Shown: positions 8,706-19,700 of the stretch, piece after piece | Layout: each line of letters starts with the position of its first letter | Position numbering within the stretch: position 1 is the first letter of the stretch | NCBI GenBank assembly: GCA_050998515.1 | Contig: JBPCQC010000012.1 | Location: 1,376 to 65,375, forward strand | Reading direction: 5' to 3' | Length of the DNA: 64,000 nt | DNA from: Verrucomicrobiales bacterium | GTDB lineage: Bacteria; Verrucomicrobiota; Verrucomicrobiia; Verrucomicrobiales; V1-33 | Made by a program: the position numbers and the translations under genes | The notes under the pieces: generated by a model | The model's input: the letters and a program-made list of their open reading frames with translations, nothing else | What the model was told of the DNA's origin: nothing | Databases searched by the model: none

Positions 8706-9637
8706 AGCTCACGACCCGCAAAAATGAACCACGCAAGAGTCTTGTAGAAGACGAGGTAAAGCAGCGCCAGGCCGGCCATTTCGCCGAGCAGCCACAAGGG
8801 CACAGTATTTCCGGCCACCACCTCATCAATGATATTGAACTGGCGCAAGTCAGGAAAGATCAGGGCGAGGATAATGCTGATCGCGCGCTGGGATCCGGAG
8901 CCAAAGCCATGCAACGCGAAGTCACGGGCGAGCTCCTGTCCTTGTCCGATGACAAAGATGGCCAGGCCAATGAGAATCGTGAACAGGCTCGAGGTCGCAA
9001 ACGTCGAAACCAACAGGCAAACGGCAGCCATGATCGTTCCCTGAAAAAAAATTCCAGCAACGGCGGCCTGGAAATTCCAGCTCAGCCCGTGGCGCGTGTA
9101 GACAGTTTGGATTTCGGCGAATTTCTCCGGAGTCAGGAGGTTGAGGTGTTTCCAATAGGCGATTTCCTCGGCGGTAACCGAGCGCTGCTTGAGCCAGATC
9201 GCCGCGCAACAAGCGAGGTCCATCAACGCCAGGCAGAGCAGGAGCAGGAGGAATACTCCCGCCAGTTTGCCTAACAAATATTCAAAGCGCGGGACTGGTT
9301 TCGAGAGAATGGTATAGAGCGTTCGGTCCTCGAAATCCCGTGGCAGGAGCATGGCGGTGGCGGCGATGGCGAGAATGACGGTGAACCACGAAATGGCGCC
9401 GAGGGAAACCGATTTGAGCAGGCGAAGTTCCTGCTCTCCGCCGAAACTCGACAAGCCCTCGCCTGTAGGCGGCGCTGGGAGAATGAACCCGAAAACGACA
9501 AGAACGGCGCCAAAGACAATGAGGAAATAGAGCGTTCGCATGCGCAGCAACTGCGTGAATGTATTGGCTGCGAGCGCCCACACCCGAAGTGGCGAGAAGA
9601 TTTTGAACGGCAATCCCGTGGACGCGGAGGCATTCAT
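8702..9637 (-). CDS. ABC-2 type transporter permease
   Basis: 311 aa with multiple hydrophobic segments. Starts 6 nt after the stop of the ATPase gene. Confidence 0.7.
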   Translation of the reverse strand: MNASASTGLPFKIFSPLRVWALAANTFTQLLRMRTLYFLIVFGAVLVVFGFILPAPPTGEGLSSFGGEQELRLLKSVSLGAISWFTVILAIAATAMLLPRDFEDRTLYTILSKPVPRFEYLLGKLAGVFLLLLLCLALMDLACCAAIWLKQRSVTAEEIAYWKHLNLLTPEKFAEIQTVYTRHGLSWNFQAAVAGIFFQGTIMAAVCLLVSTFATSSLFTILIGLAIFVIGQGQELARDFALHGFGSGSQRAISIILALIFPDLRQFNIIDEVVAGNTVPLWLLGEMAGLALLYLVFYKTLAWFIFAGREL

Positions 9638-9643
9638 CGCTTC

Positions 9644-10537
9644 TTAAGGTTCCGCTTTGTCTCTCCCGCCGGTGGCCTCTAAAAAAAGCCGTTCGAGGGT
9701 CGTTCGCGGCTTGCCCACGTGCAGCAATGCCGCGCCGCCGCCTTCGGCAGCAACAAGCTGGCGGACCTTGTCGACCAGTGCGGGGGTGGCATGACGGAGC
9801 ACCAGTTCGGTCTGATCCTCGATGGCCAGGATTTGGTCGAGCCGGCCTTCGCGCACCATCGACCCGCGAAAAATGATGCCTACGCGATCACATACCTCCT
9901 GCACTTGCTCGAGGAGGTGCGAAGAAAGAATGACGGTGATGCCTTGTGTTTTCAGTTCCATGATGAGATCGCGAATTTTCCTCGATCCGGCTGGGTCGAC
10001 GCCGGCAGTTGGTTCATCCAGGACGAGCAATCGCGGCCGATGAATGAGTGCCTGGGCCAGGCCGATGCGCTGCAGCATCCCTTTTGAATACCCAGCCAGG
10101 CGCCGGTCGGCGGCCTGCGTGAGATCGACCAGCGCGAGCAGCTCGTCGATGCGGCGGCGCAAAGGGGCGCCCCGCAAGCCGCAAAGTTTGCCATAGAACG
10201 CGAGCATCTCGCTGCCGGTGAGGTACTTGTAGAAATACGGATTCTCAGGCAGGAACCCCACGTCGTTGCGGCTATCGACCTTCGAACTGTCACGTCCAAA
10301 AAGCGCCGCAGTTCCTGCCGTTGGTTTTAACAGACCTAACAGCACCTTCATGGTGGTCGATTTACCTGAGCCATTGGGACCAATCAATCCATAGACCTCT
10401 CCAGGCTGCACCTCGAGCGTCAGGTCTTTCACGGCCACCACGACCTGGCGGCGCACCGTCTGCGTACGAAAAACCTTGCTCAGCTTGTTGACGCTGACGG
10501 CGGGAATATGCTCAGCCATTGGTTCGCAGCCTAGCAT
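9644..10537 (-). CDS. ABC transporter ATP-binding protein
   Basis: Walker A GPNGSGKST, signature YSKGMLQR, Walker B LLVLDEPT. An alternative ATG at 10519 (MAEHIPAV) is equally plausible. Confidence 0.9.
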   Translation of the reverse strand: MLGCEPMAEHIPAVSVNKLSKVFRTQTVRRQVVVAVKDLTLEVQPGEVYGLIGPNGSGKSTTMKVLLGLLKPTAGTAALFGRDSSKVDSRNDVGFLPENPYFYKYLTGSEMLAFYGKLCGLRGAPLRRRIDELLALVDLTQAADRRLAGYSKGMLQRIGLAQALIHRPRLLVLDEPTAGVDPAGSRKIRDLIMELKTQGITVILSSHLLEQVQEVCDRVGIIFRGSMVREGRLDQILAIEDQTELVLRHATPALVDKVRQLVAAEGGGAALLHVGKPRTTLERLFLEATGGRDKAEP

Positions 10538-10566
10538 GTGCCATGTTCTGTTTCAAAACGCCACCT

Positions 10567-10595
10567 TTGACGACGAAAAAACGATCCGTTAGATT
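10567..10595 (+). promoter_or_regulatory. sigma70-like promoter candidate for the FHA/GrpE-like gene
   Basis: TTGACG (10567..10572), 17-nt spacer, TAGATT (10590..10595), about 36 nt upstream of ATG 10632. Pattern match only. Confidence 0.35.
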
Positions 10596-10631
10596 GCAAC
10601 TGAGCTACCCTCTGCAAATCGCTGTTCTCCC

Positions 10632-12011
10632 ATGGCCAGGCTGGTATTCCAACTAAGTGCCGATGAGACGCTCGACCTTGATCTGACGAGTGATCCCGTC
10701 ACAATTGGCCGAGCCGGCGATAACGTGGTGGTCATCGACAACCTGTGGATTTCGACCCACCATGCGAGCATTCAGCCGGCGGCGCAACCCGGGCGTTTTG
10801 AGATCGTGGACCTCGCTTCGCATAACGGCACCTTCCTCAATGGCGCGCGGGTGGGGTCGGCGCTGCTTTCGCATGGAGACCGCATAAAGCTGGGGCAGCT
10901 CGAGGCTGTTTTCGAGGACGGTCAGGGGACAGCGGCGCGAATTCAGCCGATGCGGCCGGCGGCCCAGCCCAGAGGGGGACCACCTGCCGCCCCGTCACGG
11001 GCCCCGATTCCTCCGCGCCCGGCACCGATCCCGCGCCCTCCGGCAACGACCCCTCCCTCACCGCCGCCTTTGCAGAGTTCTCCTGAAAATGCGATGCAGG
11101 CCGCCTCCGAGGCACAGCGAACAGCGGCCGACGCGCAGGCGAGGACCGAAAGGGATGCAGCGGCGGCGGAAAATGCCGAAAAACGGAAAGCCGAGTCGCA
11201 AACCGAACTCAACGCCCTCGATCAGAAAATCAGCGAGGCGCGCGCCACTCACGAACGCGAAATCATCGCGCTCGGTCACGCCATGCAAAAGCAGGCGGCG
11301 TTGAGCGAAGAAGCCGCTCGCACCGAGGCAGCGCTGACTGGATTGAAGCATGCCGAGACCATTAGCGAGAGGGCGGTAGGAGAACTGCAGGAACAGCGCA
11401 CCACCCTCGAGGCCGATGTCGAGGCCTTCGCTGAAAAGCTCAGGGAGAAAGCGAGGCTCGTGGACGGCATAACCTTGTTGCAAACCCAATGCGACTCCTT
11501 GCGCCGCGAGATCGACGCCGCCGAACCGAGGCGCGCCGAAGTGGCCTCGGTAAGCCAAAAGATTTCCTCCCTTCAAGAGACCCGTGAGAATCTTAAGCGA
11601 GAAATCGGGCAGCTCGAAGAAGTCCGCCGTACCATGCAGGAAGCGCCCGATCCGAGTTGGGGCACGGTTCACGTTCTGGCCAAGGCGATTATCAAACGCG
11701 TCGATTGGGTGGACGACATGATCGCCGTCTCGCGAACGCGCGATCCGCAGACCGCCCAGCAACTTCGCCAGTTGCGCGAGTCATTACTTGAGCTGCTGCA
11801 CGAGAATTCCGTCACCGACTACACTTTCCCCGTCGGCACCAAGCTCGATATAGCCACCCGCAAACGGATTCAGATCATGGAGTCCACCAACGGCGCGGGC
11901 GAAGTCACCGAAATCATTGAAGTTTATCGGCCGGGCTATCTATGTACCAATGGAACCGCAGGCGGCGAGACTCTGCTCCGCAAAGCCGAAGTGAAAACCG
12001 GGCGCCGGTAA
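10632..12011 (+). CDS. FHA domain / proline-rich linker / coiled coil / GrpE-like C-terminal domain protein
   Basis: FHA: VTIGRAGDNVVVIDNLWISTHHASI..VDLASHNGTFLNGARV..GDRIKLG. PxP-rich aa 105-150, then an A/E/R/Q-rich heptad-like stretch aa 152-335. C-terminus IIKRVDWVDDMIAV..LRESLLELLHENSVTDYTFPVGTKLDIATRKRIQIMES..EIIEVYRPGYLC..TLLRKAEVKT parallels the GrpE dimerisation/beta domain. Confidence 0.75.
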   Translation: MARLVFQLSADETLDLDLTSDPVTIGRAGDNVVVIDNLWISTHHASIQPAAQPGRFEIVDLASHNGTFLNGARVGSALLSHGDRIKLGQLEAVFEDGQGTAARIQPMRPAAQPRGGPPAAPSRAPIPPRPAPIPRPPATTPPSPPPLQSSPENAMQAASEAQRTAADAQARTERDAAAAENAEKRKAESQTELNALDQKISEARATHEREIIALGHAMQKQAALSEEAARTEAALTGLKHAETISERAVGELQEQRTTLEADVEAFAEKLREKARLVDGITLLQTQCDSLRREIDAAEPRRAEVASVSQKISSLQETRENLKREIGQLEEVRRTMQEAPDPSWGTVHVLAKAIIKRVDWVDDMIAVSRTRDPQTAQQLRQLRESLLELLHENSVTDYTFPVGTKLDIATRKRIQIMESTNGAGEVTEIIEVYRPGYLCTNGTAGGETLLRKAEVKTGRR

Positions 12012-12090
12012 ACGATGTGCCTCTCTTTAGTCTGGCATTCGAATCGCGCCAGGGGTTCTACAATTAATCATTTTTCATGATATTTTTAGC

Positions 12091-12118
12091 TTGCCAATCC
12101 TTAACACTTCATCATAAT
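12091..12118 (+). promoter_or_regulatory. sigma70-like promoter candidate for the OMP gene
   Basis: TTGCCA (12091..12096), 16-nt spacer, CATAAT (12113..12118) in an AT-rich patch upstream of ATG 12136. Pattern match only. Confidence 0.3.
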
Positions 12119-12135
12119 CGGCCCACCTTCATATC

Positions 12136-12693
12136 ATGAACAAGCCCACTATTCTCATGCTGGTCACCGCCGGTCTGGCTGTCAACAGCCTGCAGGCAGG
12201 TGAAACCTATGTCAGTGCCAAGAATCCCAAGAATCCGCCTCCGATGGAGGTGCCGTCGCTCTGCGACTGCTTCGACGCCGGCAAGGTCCAGGTGAGCCTC
12301 TACGGTGCCGGGATCATCTGGGACGGCGGCGGTAACAGCGACGCCCTGGGGGCCGGTTTGAGCGTCGATTACTTCTTTACCGAAAACCTTGGAATTGCCG
12401 TCGATGGCACCTGGCTGGACACCGACAGCAATGTTTGGCATTCCAGTGCCAGTCTGGTCTTTCGCTGGCCGATCAGACCGGCTTGCCTTGCGCCCTATGT
12501 CTTCGCTGGTGGGGGGGTTATCACCGATTCCGAAACCGACGGAACGGTCCATGCCGGTGGCGGAATCGATATCCGGTTCGGCAAGAGCGACTGGTGTCCC
12601 GGGATATTTGCCGACGCGCGTTACACCTGGACCAACTACGAAGAGGGCGGTGATTTCGCGCTGATTCGGGTCGGCTTCCGCTTTAACCTTTAA
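12136..12693 (+). CDS. small outer-membrane beta-barrel protein (OmpW/OmpA-barrel-like)
   Basis: Signal peptide MNKPTILMLVTAGLAVNSLQAGE. Alternating hydrophobic strands rich in G/Y/F/W. C-terminal strand FALIRVGFRFNL. Confidence 0.65.
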   Translation: MNKPTILMLVTAGLAVNSLQAGETYVSAKNPKNPPPMEVPSLCDCFDAGKVQVSLYGAGIIWDGGGNSDALGAGLSVDYFFTENLGIAVDGTWLDTDSNVWHSSASLVFRWPIRPACLAPYVFAGGGVITDSETDGTVHAGGGIDIRFGKSDWCPGIFADARYTWTNYEEGGDFALIRVGFRFNL

Positions 12694-12715
12694 TCGTCTT
12701 TAATCAAATGAAGGG

Positions 12716-12742
12716 AAGGCCGGTGGCAACACCGGCCTTTTT
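12716..12742 (+). terminator. intrinsic terminator of the OMP gene
   Basis: 10-bp stem AAGGCCGGTG / CACCGGCCTT with loop GCAA, running into TTTTT (12738..12742), 23 nt after the stop. Confidence 0.65.
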
Positions 12743-12838
12743 CGTGTCTGTGGCTGCTTGCCAAGGGCTGCGAAGGAGGGATTTTAGGACCATGGAACAT
12801 TCGATTATCGGCGGGAGCGGGCTGTAGCGAATTACCAG

Positions 12839-13690
12839 ATGAGATTCGCGATTTGCAACGAAACCTGGCAGGGAGTGGATTTTTCGAGGACCTGCGAAGC
12901 CATTGCCTCACACGGCTACGAGGGTGTCGAAGTGGCGCCCTTCACCTTGGAAGAGAATCCCGAGGAACTGACGGAACAGGACGCCGCCCGTTTTGGAAAA
13001 ATCGCCCGGGAGGCTGGCCTCGAAGTCACCGGCCTTCATTGGCTGCTCGTAAAACCGCCTGGATTTCACATCACGACCCCGGATGAATCCGTCCGCCAGC
13101 GAACTATTGAATTCGCGCAGCATTTGGCGCGCCTCTGCGCCGCGATGGGTGGCAAATTCATGGTTTGGGGAAGCCCAAAACAGCGCAGCCTCGAAGAGGG
13201 ATGGGTTTATCAGGACGCAGCCGCACGGGCGGTTGATGCCTGGCGCCAGGTAAGTGAAACCGCCGGCCCGCTCGGGGTCACGCTGGCACTAGAGCCGCTC
13301 GGGCAAAAAGAAACCAACTTCCTGAACACGGCCGCCGAGGCGATACGGCTCATCGAGAGGGTCGCCCATCCCGCCTGCAGACTGCATCTCGACGTAAAGG
13401 CGATGAGCGACGAGACCGCCAGTATTCCGGACATCATCGCTGCCAGCCGCGATCACCTGGCTTATTTTCACGCCAACGATCCCAACCGGCGCGGACCGGG
13501 AACAGGCGAGGTGAAATTCGAGCCCATTTTTCAGGCGCTCCAGGAAGTTGGTTATGACGGGTGGGTGTCAGTCGAAGTTTTTGATTACGCCCCGGATGCG
13601 GACACCATCGCTCGAGACTGCCTCGCTTATTTGAAGAGCGTCATTTCAGCCGCTTCGGCGCAAAAGGTCGAGGCTGCCAGGCGCGAATAG
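12839..13690 (+). CDS. sugar phosphate isomerase/epimerase (xylose isomerase-like TIM barrel)
   Basis: 283 aa. MRFAICNETW..GYEGVEVAPF, LALEPL, FHANDPN and VSVEVFDY fit this family. Confidence 0.8.
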   Translation: MRFAICNETWQGVDFSRTCEAIASHGYEGVEVAPFTLEENPEELTEQDAARFGKIAREAGLEVTGLHWLLVKPPGFHITTPDESVRQRTIEFAQHLARLCAAMGGKFMVWGSPKQRSLEEGWVYQDAAARAVDAWRQVSETAGPLGVTLALEPLGQKETNFLNTAAEAIRLIERVAHPACRLHLDVKAMSDETASIPDIIAASRDHLAYFHANDPNRRGPGTGEVKFEPIFQALQEVGYDGWVSVEVFDYAPDADTIARDCLAYLKSVISAASAQKVEAARRE

Positions 13691-13796
13691 CGCAAGCATC
13701 CCCGGCCACGACTACACCGGTTACGATTACCACGAAAAGGACCGGGTGCCTGCCATCACCAACTGCTGGCATTGCCCCTTTGGCGAGGCGGGATCC

Positions 13797-16700
13797 TTAA
13801 TGGGTCACGCGCACCCGCAGATAGCGGCGTTCGAGCGCGGTCGAGATGCTGGCCCGAATGACTTGGGTTTCGCCGTCATCATCAGAGACCACAACTTCGC
13901 TGATCCCAGCCGCGGACCATGAATTCAAGTCCTGCGATCCCTGCACGAGGAGCGTGACGTCGGTGGCGCCGATTCGTTTGCGATAGGTGAGCCAGAGAGT
14001 GGTTTCATCGCGGCTCGAAACCGGCAACTGGGACTGACTGTGAGTGTGGGGGTCAAGATTAAGCGCGTACTCGATGAGATTCGACAGCCCGTCACCATCG
14101 GGATCAGCGTCGTCACCCGCGATGGTCGGGTTGTTCGCATCGGGGCCGAATTGCGCCGCGCGCCAGATTTCAATGGGCGGATTATCGACTGTCGCGCTAA
14201 ACGTCGCGTCATCGAAGGTGGCGACAGCGGAATCGTTGGCCGACAGCCGCACGACGTAACTGCCGGAAGAGTCAACCGACACGGTCGTGTCCACCACGGA
14301 GGCGTCGGCAAAAGCGGCCGTTCCTGGGCCGCTCGCCTGCTGCCACGCCGTGTTCAGTGAAACAGGCAGCGGCAAACCGTCGTCGGCGACCGTGCCGTCG
14401 AGCGTGAAGGGACCGGTCCCGGTCACCGTTCCCGCGTCCACCAGCGGACCGACATTGGCATGAAGCGGGAAGGCCAGATTGTCGAAAGTGGCCGTCGAGG
14501 CTTCCTCAGGCTCAGCACTCGTGATCGCGAGACCAACCAGCGGCGCGGTTCCCATGGCGATGGTTTGCGTCGACCCTCGCTGAGTCCAACTATTGCCATC
14601 GGCCGAATGATACGCAGAAAAACTGTCTCCGTTGCGCACCAGGCGGATCCAGCGCGGAAACGTGTAATTCGTCGTTCCCTGGCTGGCCTGTGTGGCGACG
14701 CCATTCGACAGCCGGTAGTTATACGAATGCGGGCCGTCCGCCTTATGCAGCGTCAACGCGTACATCGCGTCCGGCGCGTCCGAGGCCCGCGCCATCAAGC
14801 CGGCGCGGCATGAGCCGCTGCCACCGGGATTGACAATCGAAACCATGCGGCAGCGAAGATCGAAGTTGCCGCTGCGAGCAGCTGCGACGAAAAAGAAGCC
14901 GTCGCTGGAGCCTGTGGAACTCAGGCCGCTGCCCGCGCCTCTCAAAGTATGCACGCCGCCCCGTTCCGACCAGCTTCCTGGCGCCTGGGTCACTCCCACG
15001 TCACTGGTGGAAGCTGCTGGAGTCGTCACCGGCACGCCGACAGTCACACTCACTTCATCGAATGCTGACAAACTTCCTGCAGTGCCCGTTAAGCGAAGAA
15101 CGTAAGAGCCGTTGAGCGAAAACCGGGCCGTTGTGTTCACGGCCGCGGCGTTGCCGAAAGTCACGGCGCCAAGTCCACTGACGCGAGTCCATGCGACATC
15201 AACGGCCACTGGGCCACCGGCTCCGTACTTTTCCCCGATGCCTTGAAGCACCAGTCCCACCCCTGCCGGAATAGCCGCACTCGGCGCCACCGGTGAAAGA
15301 ATCGACACCAAAGGCGGTGAATCGTCGTCGCGTAACGTGACACTCGCGCTCGCGTGCCCCGCGTCGATGTTATAGCTCGCATGGGCCGCCAAAGCCAGGA
15401 TCACGGTTTCATCAGACTCGGTCTCAGAGTCATCGATCGGCATGACTGCGATAGCGTCGGAAAGCTGGTTCGCCTCGAGAGTCACTGAGCCGCCCATCGC
15501 TTGATAATCCGCCGCGCCTGCCGTGCCCGCGACGGTGTAGTTGATCGTCAGCGCCGCGTCCAGGGCGCCACCGGAACGCGAAATTGTAAACTGTGCCGCT
15601 TCTGACGGTTCACCAGCTTCCGGATCGCTCGCCACAACCGAGACCGTGGGCGCGTTGTCATCCTGGATTGTGACGATGTGCGATGAACGGGCGCCGAGTT
15701 CCGCCACCAAAGGGGAGGCCAGTTGCACGACGGCAGTTTCCGCACCCTCGAGCGCACTATCGTTGGTCAGTCTCAGTTCAATCAGCTTCGCTGTTTCACC
15801 CGCTGCGAAAGTCAATGTGCCTGGAGCCAGTGTGAAGTCTTCATTCGCTGTGGCGGTGCCGCCTGAAACCGCATAGCTGACCGATGCGGATAACGCCAAC
15901 GCCCTGTCGAGCGACACCATCAGGAAGGCCGAACCACTGCTCTCCGCGGTCGCAGAGGCGGCAGTGAGAAATGCAACGCGTGCGAGCGGATTCGCCGCCG
16001 CGTTGTCATTGATCGTGAGACTGTGAGTTCCGCGGCTGGTCGAAACCCGGGAAAAGCTCGCGTTTTTCAAACGAATCGCTGCGATTTCCGGACTTTCGAT
16101 CACGCCGTCATCGGCGACCCGCAGCTTGACTGCCTGGGAGATGACGCCGGGCGCAAACGTCAAAACACCACTCGAAATAAACGCGTCTCCATTCGCCCCA
16201 TCGACGAAGTTCCAGTCCACCCCATCGCCAGTGGCAGTGGCCCCGCTGCCAGCCGTCCATGCTTCATACTCGACAGTGATTGTATCAGTGGACGCCGCGG
16301 ATAGGGTCACATTAAGAAGGCGGTGAGGGCCTGACGACGGGTCCGGCGCTTCACTGGTCGAGCTGACGGCGGTTTCAAACCCAAGGCTGATCGGAAGCGT
16401 CTCGTTATCGGTGAGCACCAGGCTGGCTGAACGAACTCCCACGCTGTAAGCCGCGTTATCCGTCAAGGTGACCGTGATCGTTTCCGCGCCTTCAAACAAA
16501 GCGTCATCTACGGGCATCACGGAAATATCGATCCCGGCCTGGCCATCGGCAATTGTCACTGCACCCGTCAGCATTGCGTAGTCGGTTCCATTGGCCGCGG
16601 TTCCCGCGACCGTGTAATTCACCGTGAGCGCACCGGCGGTTGTTGGATCAGCATCGGCGTCGCTGCGCGAAATGTGGAAGCTGCTCGCCGTGCTGGGCTC

Positions 16701-19700
16701 CTGGAGCGTGTCACGATGCGGCGTAATGTTCACGGTTGGAGCATCGTCATCGCGCAAAAGTCCCGTGGCGAGACCCTCGTTATAGATCGTGTAATTCGGA
16801 CCTGGCGTGAGCGTGATGATGATGGTCTCGACGTTTTCCTTCAGCAAATCGTTGAGCGGAGTCACCGTGACATCGGCATTGTTGGCGCCGTTTCCTGGGA
16901 TCGTGACCGAGCCTGTCAGTCCGGTGTAATCGACGCCGGGGGTGGCCGTCCCACTGATGGTGTAATTGACGATGATGCTCCCGGTGACCGACCCGGTCAC
17001 CCGAAAGCGGAAACTGCCCGTGTCGTTTGGCTCGGCGATCGAGGCGCTGAAGCAACCCACCGTAACGAGCGGCGGATCGCTGTTGTCCGCGATGGTGACC
17101 GTGGCCGAGCTCGTGTGCCCGACGGAATAGGCGCCCCCGAATGTGGTCAGACGCAGTTCGACGGTCTCTGCGGCTTCGCCATGCGCATCGTCGTACGGCG
17201 TAACATAAACCGGCACGCTGTCAGCTCCGGCCGGGATGGTCACTTCCGCCGGCAAGACCTGGTAATCAGTGCCCTGCGAAGCCGATCCGCCAAGACCATA
17301 ATAAACTTTCAGCGACTGCGTGGATAAGCCTGTCCTCGAAATCAGAAACACTCCTGGGTCGCGTCCTGCCTCCGCGGCATTTGGATCGAGGGCCGTTATG
17401 GTCAGCACCGGGGTCTCGTCGTCATAAATAACGGCGGTTGCGGATTGCGCCGCGGGATCGCGAACGTAAGCGCCGCTCGAGGCTAGAGTTACGACGCATG
17501 ACTCACTCGGTTCGACCGCCGCATCATCGGTTGGAGTCAGGGCGACGATCAGGCTCGGCTCCCCGGCTGGGATCGTGACGGACACGGGCAGATTGGGATA
17601 ATCGCTGCCGCGGGTGGCTGTTCCGGAGAACTGAAGGCCAACCGTGAGCGCGCTGGTCAGCGGGCCCGTGCGCAAAATCACAAAGCTGGCTGGGTTCCCA
17701 CCGGCTTCAGCACTTTCATCGTCGGACGCTGTGATGCTAACCTTTGGCAGCGCGGTGTCGTTGTCATTGACCACCAGAGTGGCCACGCCGCTGGCGCGCG
17801 TGATATAAGTGGCACCATTGGCCACCTGCAAAGTGACAGTTTCCGGACCTTCCTGTGAAGCGTCATTAACTGCCTGCACCGCGATGGGCAGCGTCGCCGC
17901 TCCCGCCGGGATGACGAAGTTGCGATAATTGCCTTCGGTGGTTTCGGCTGGATTGAAATTGTAGTCGACCGTTCGTTCGGCCGTGCCCGTGGCGGTCATC
18001 ACTCGCACTGTCAGGGCATTGGAAGTCGCTCCCGTTCTCGTGAGCGCAAAAAGACCATTCGCGCCCCCTTCGGTCGCATCCGCGGTCGCTTCGAGCGTCA
18101 CTTCGGTAACGCTGGCAGCGCTGAAATTCGCCACATTCGCACCCGTCCCCACGACCAGCGGATTGGTGAATTCCGGCGTGAAGCTGAAGCCATAAAGCAA
18201 GGCGCTGATAGTGCGAGAACCGGTCGGTACATTTGAAAGCGCATAGGCGCCGTCCGCGTCCGTGTAGGCATGCTGCCCGCTGCTGCTCTTGATTAATACG
18301 CCTTGGAGCGGTCCCGCCGCGGTGACCTGCCCGGTGACGGTTCGCCCAGAGGGACTGCCCACGCTCACCACCACTTGCCGGCGGGTGAGGCCGCCCTTCA
18401 TGTCCGACACACTGCAGTGAATAGTGTATTGCCGCGGGGTCGTAAAAACCCGCGTGAACACGGAACTATTCTCACTGAAATAGCCATCCCCGCAGTCCCA
18501 ATGGTAGGACAGCGCGTCACCGTCCGCATCGCTCGCGGCCGCTGTGAACGTAATCGACGCATTCGAAGCCACGTTGGTTGCACTGGCGTTAAGACTGACC
18601 GTTGGTGGATCATTGCCAGCAAAGGGCCCGCGCTGGACCGCGATATCGAGCGACTCGGGCGTGGTGGGATTTTTCCCCACCACCGTGAAATGCAACCCGC
18701 TTTCGAAATCGGAAAACGTGCGTCCGACTTCAATGCCACCATCGTTTTTGCCGCCGGAAGTGCCGGGAGTGGTGTCAATGAGATGGCCGTTATTTCCCAA
18801 GGCCGCCCAATGCCAGATGAGCAGCGCTGAATTCTTCAGGGCATTGGCCGAACTGTGTTCTTCACCATAAGCTTTGTGATACTCGACGTGGTAAAAGCGT
18901 CCTGAATCTTTCGCGATGCGAATGGCGTATCGTTTGCCTTCCTCGAGCACCGGCTGGTCGTACGCGTGAATGCGGAAGATCCCGTTTTGCGTCGGCTGAT
19001 GAATGGCGCCATCGGGCAGCCACGCCAGCGCTCGTTTGGCGATCGTGTTGTAATGCGCGGAAAATCCGTTTCCCCCTCCCATGACATCGAAGCCGTTGCC
19101 GTATTCGTCGTTCACTCCATCGCCGATGGCACTTTGACCGTTGGTGTCCCAAAAATTCGCGTGTCCGCGGCCAATCGAGTGCCCGGCTTCGTGATTGATA
19201 ACATCCATGCCATCCCACGAAAGCCATACACTGTCTCCGCCGCCCCAAGAGATGCCGTCCAGCCGCGGGCCGCTGTTTACACGGACGATGGTGACTGTGA
19301 ATATGTTCGAGTCGTAGCCGAGGCGGCGAGCTTCGGCACGCGCATGGCTGTGCACCAACCCCAAGCCATCGACTTCGGCATCCTTTGCGACATACCAGGC
19401 CTTGGTGTGCGGCAGCACAACCAGCGGCGTGACAGTCGTCGTTGTCGACATCTTGCCGAAAGAATTATCCAGGAAATAACGAGTCACGTCGCGCATGTAG
19501 CCGTAGGCCTCCGATTCGGTATTCGGCGCGCGCAGTTGATCCGGATAAGTGACGCGAATGTAAAGCGCCCTGAAGTTCCCAATCGCCTCGGCAGAGGTGC
19601 CAGGAAAGTTGTCCGGAATCGAGTGCGCTCCGCCCGGCCCGCCGCTGGCCTGGCGATACGATTCATCCAGCACTCGCGCGTGGGTGCCGTTGCATAAGCG

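Noticed and set aside
12031-12060. tRNA T-loop-like TTCGAATC string
   Set aside because: The flanking bases (CTGGCA / GCGCC) cannot form a T-stem, and no acceptor or anticodon arms could be drawn. No tRNA is called anywhere in the window.
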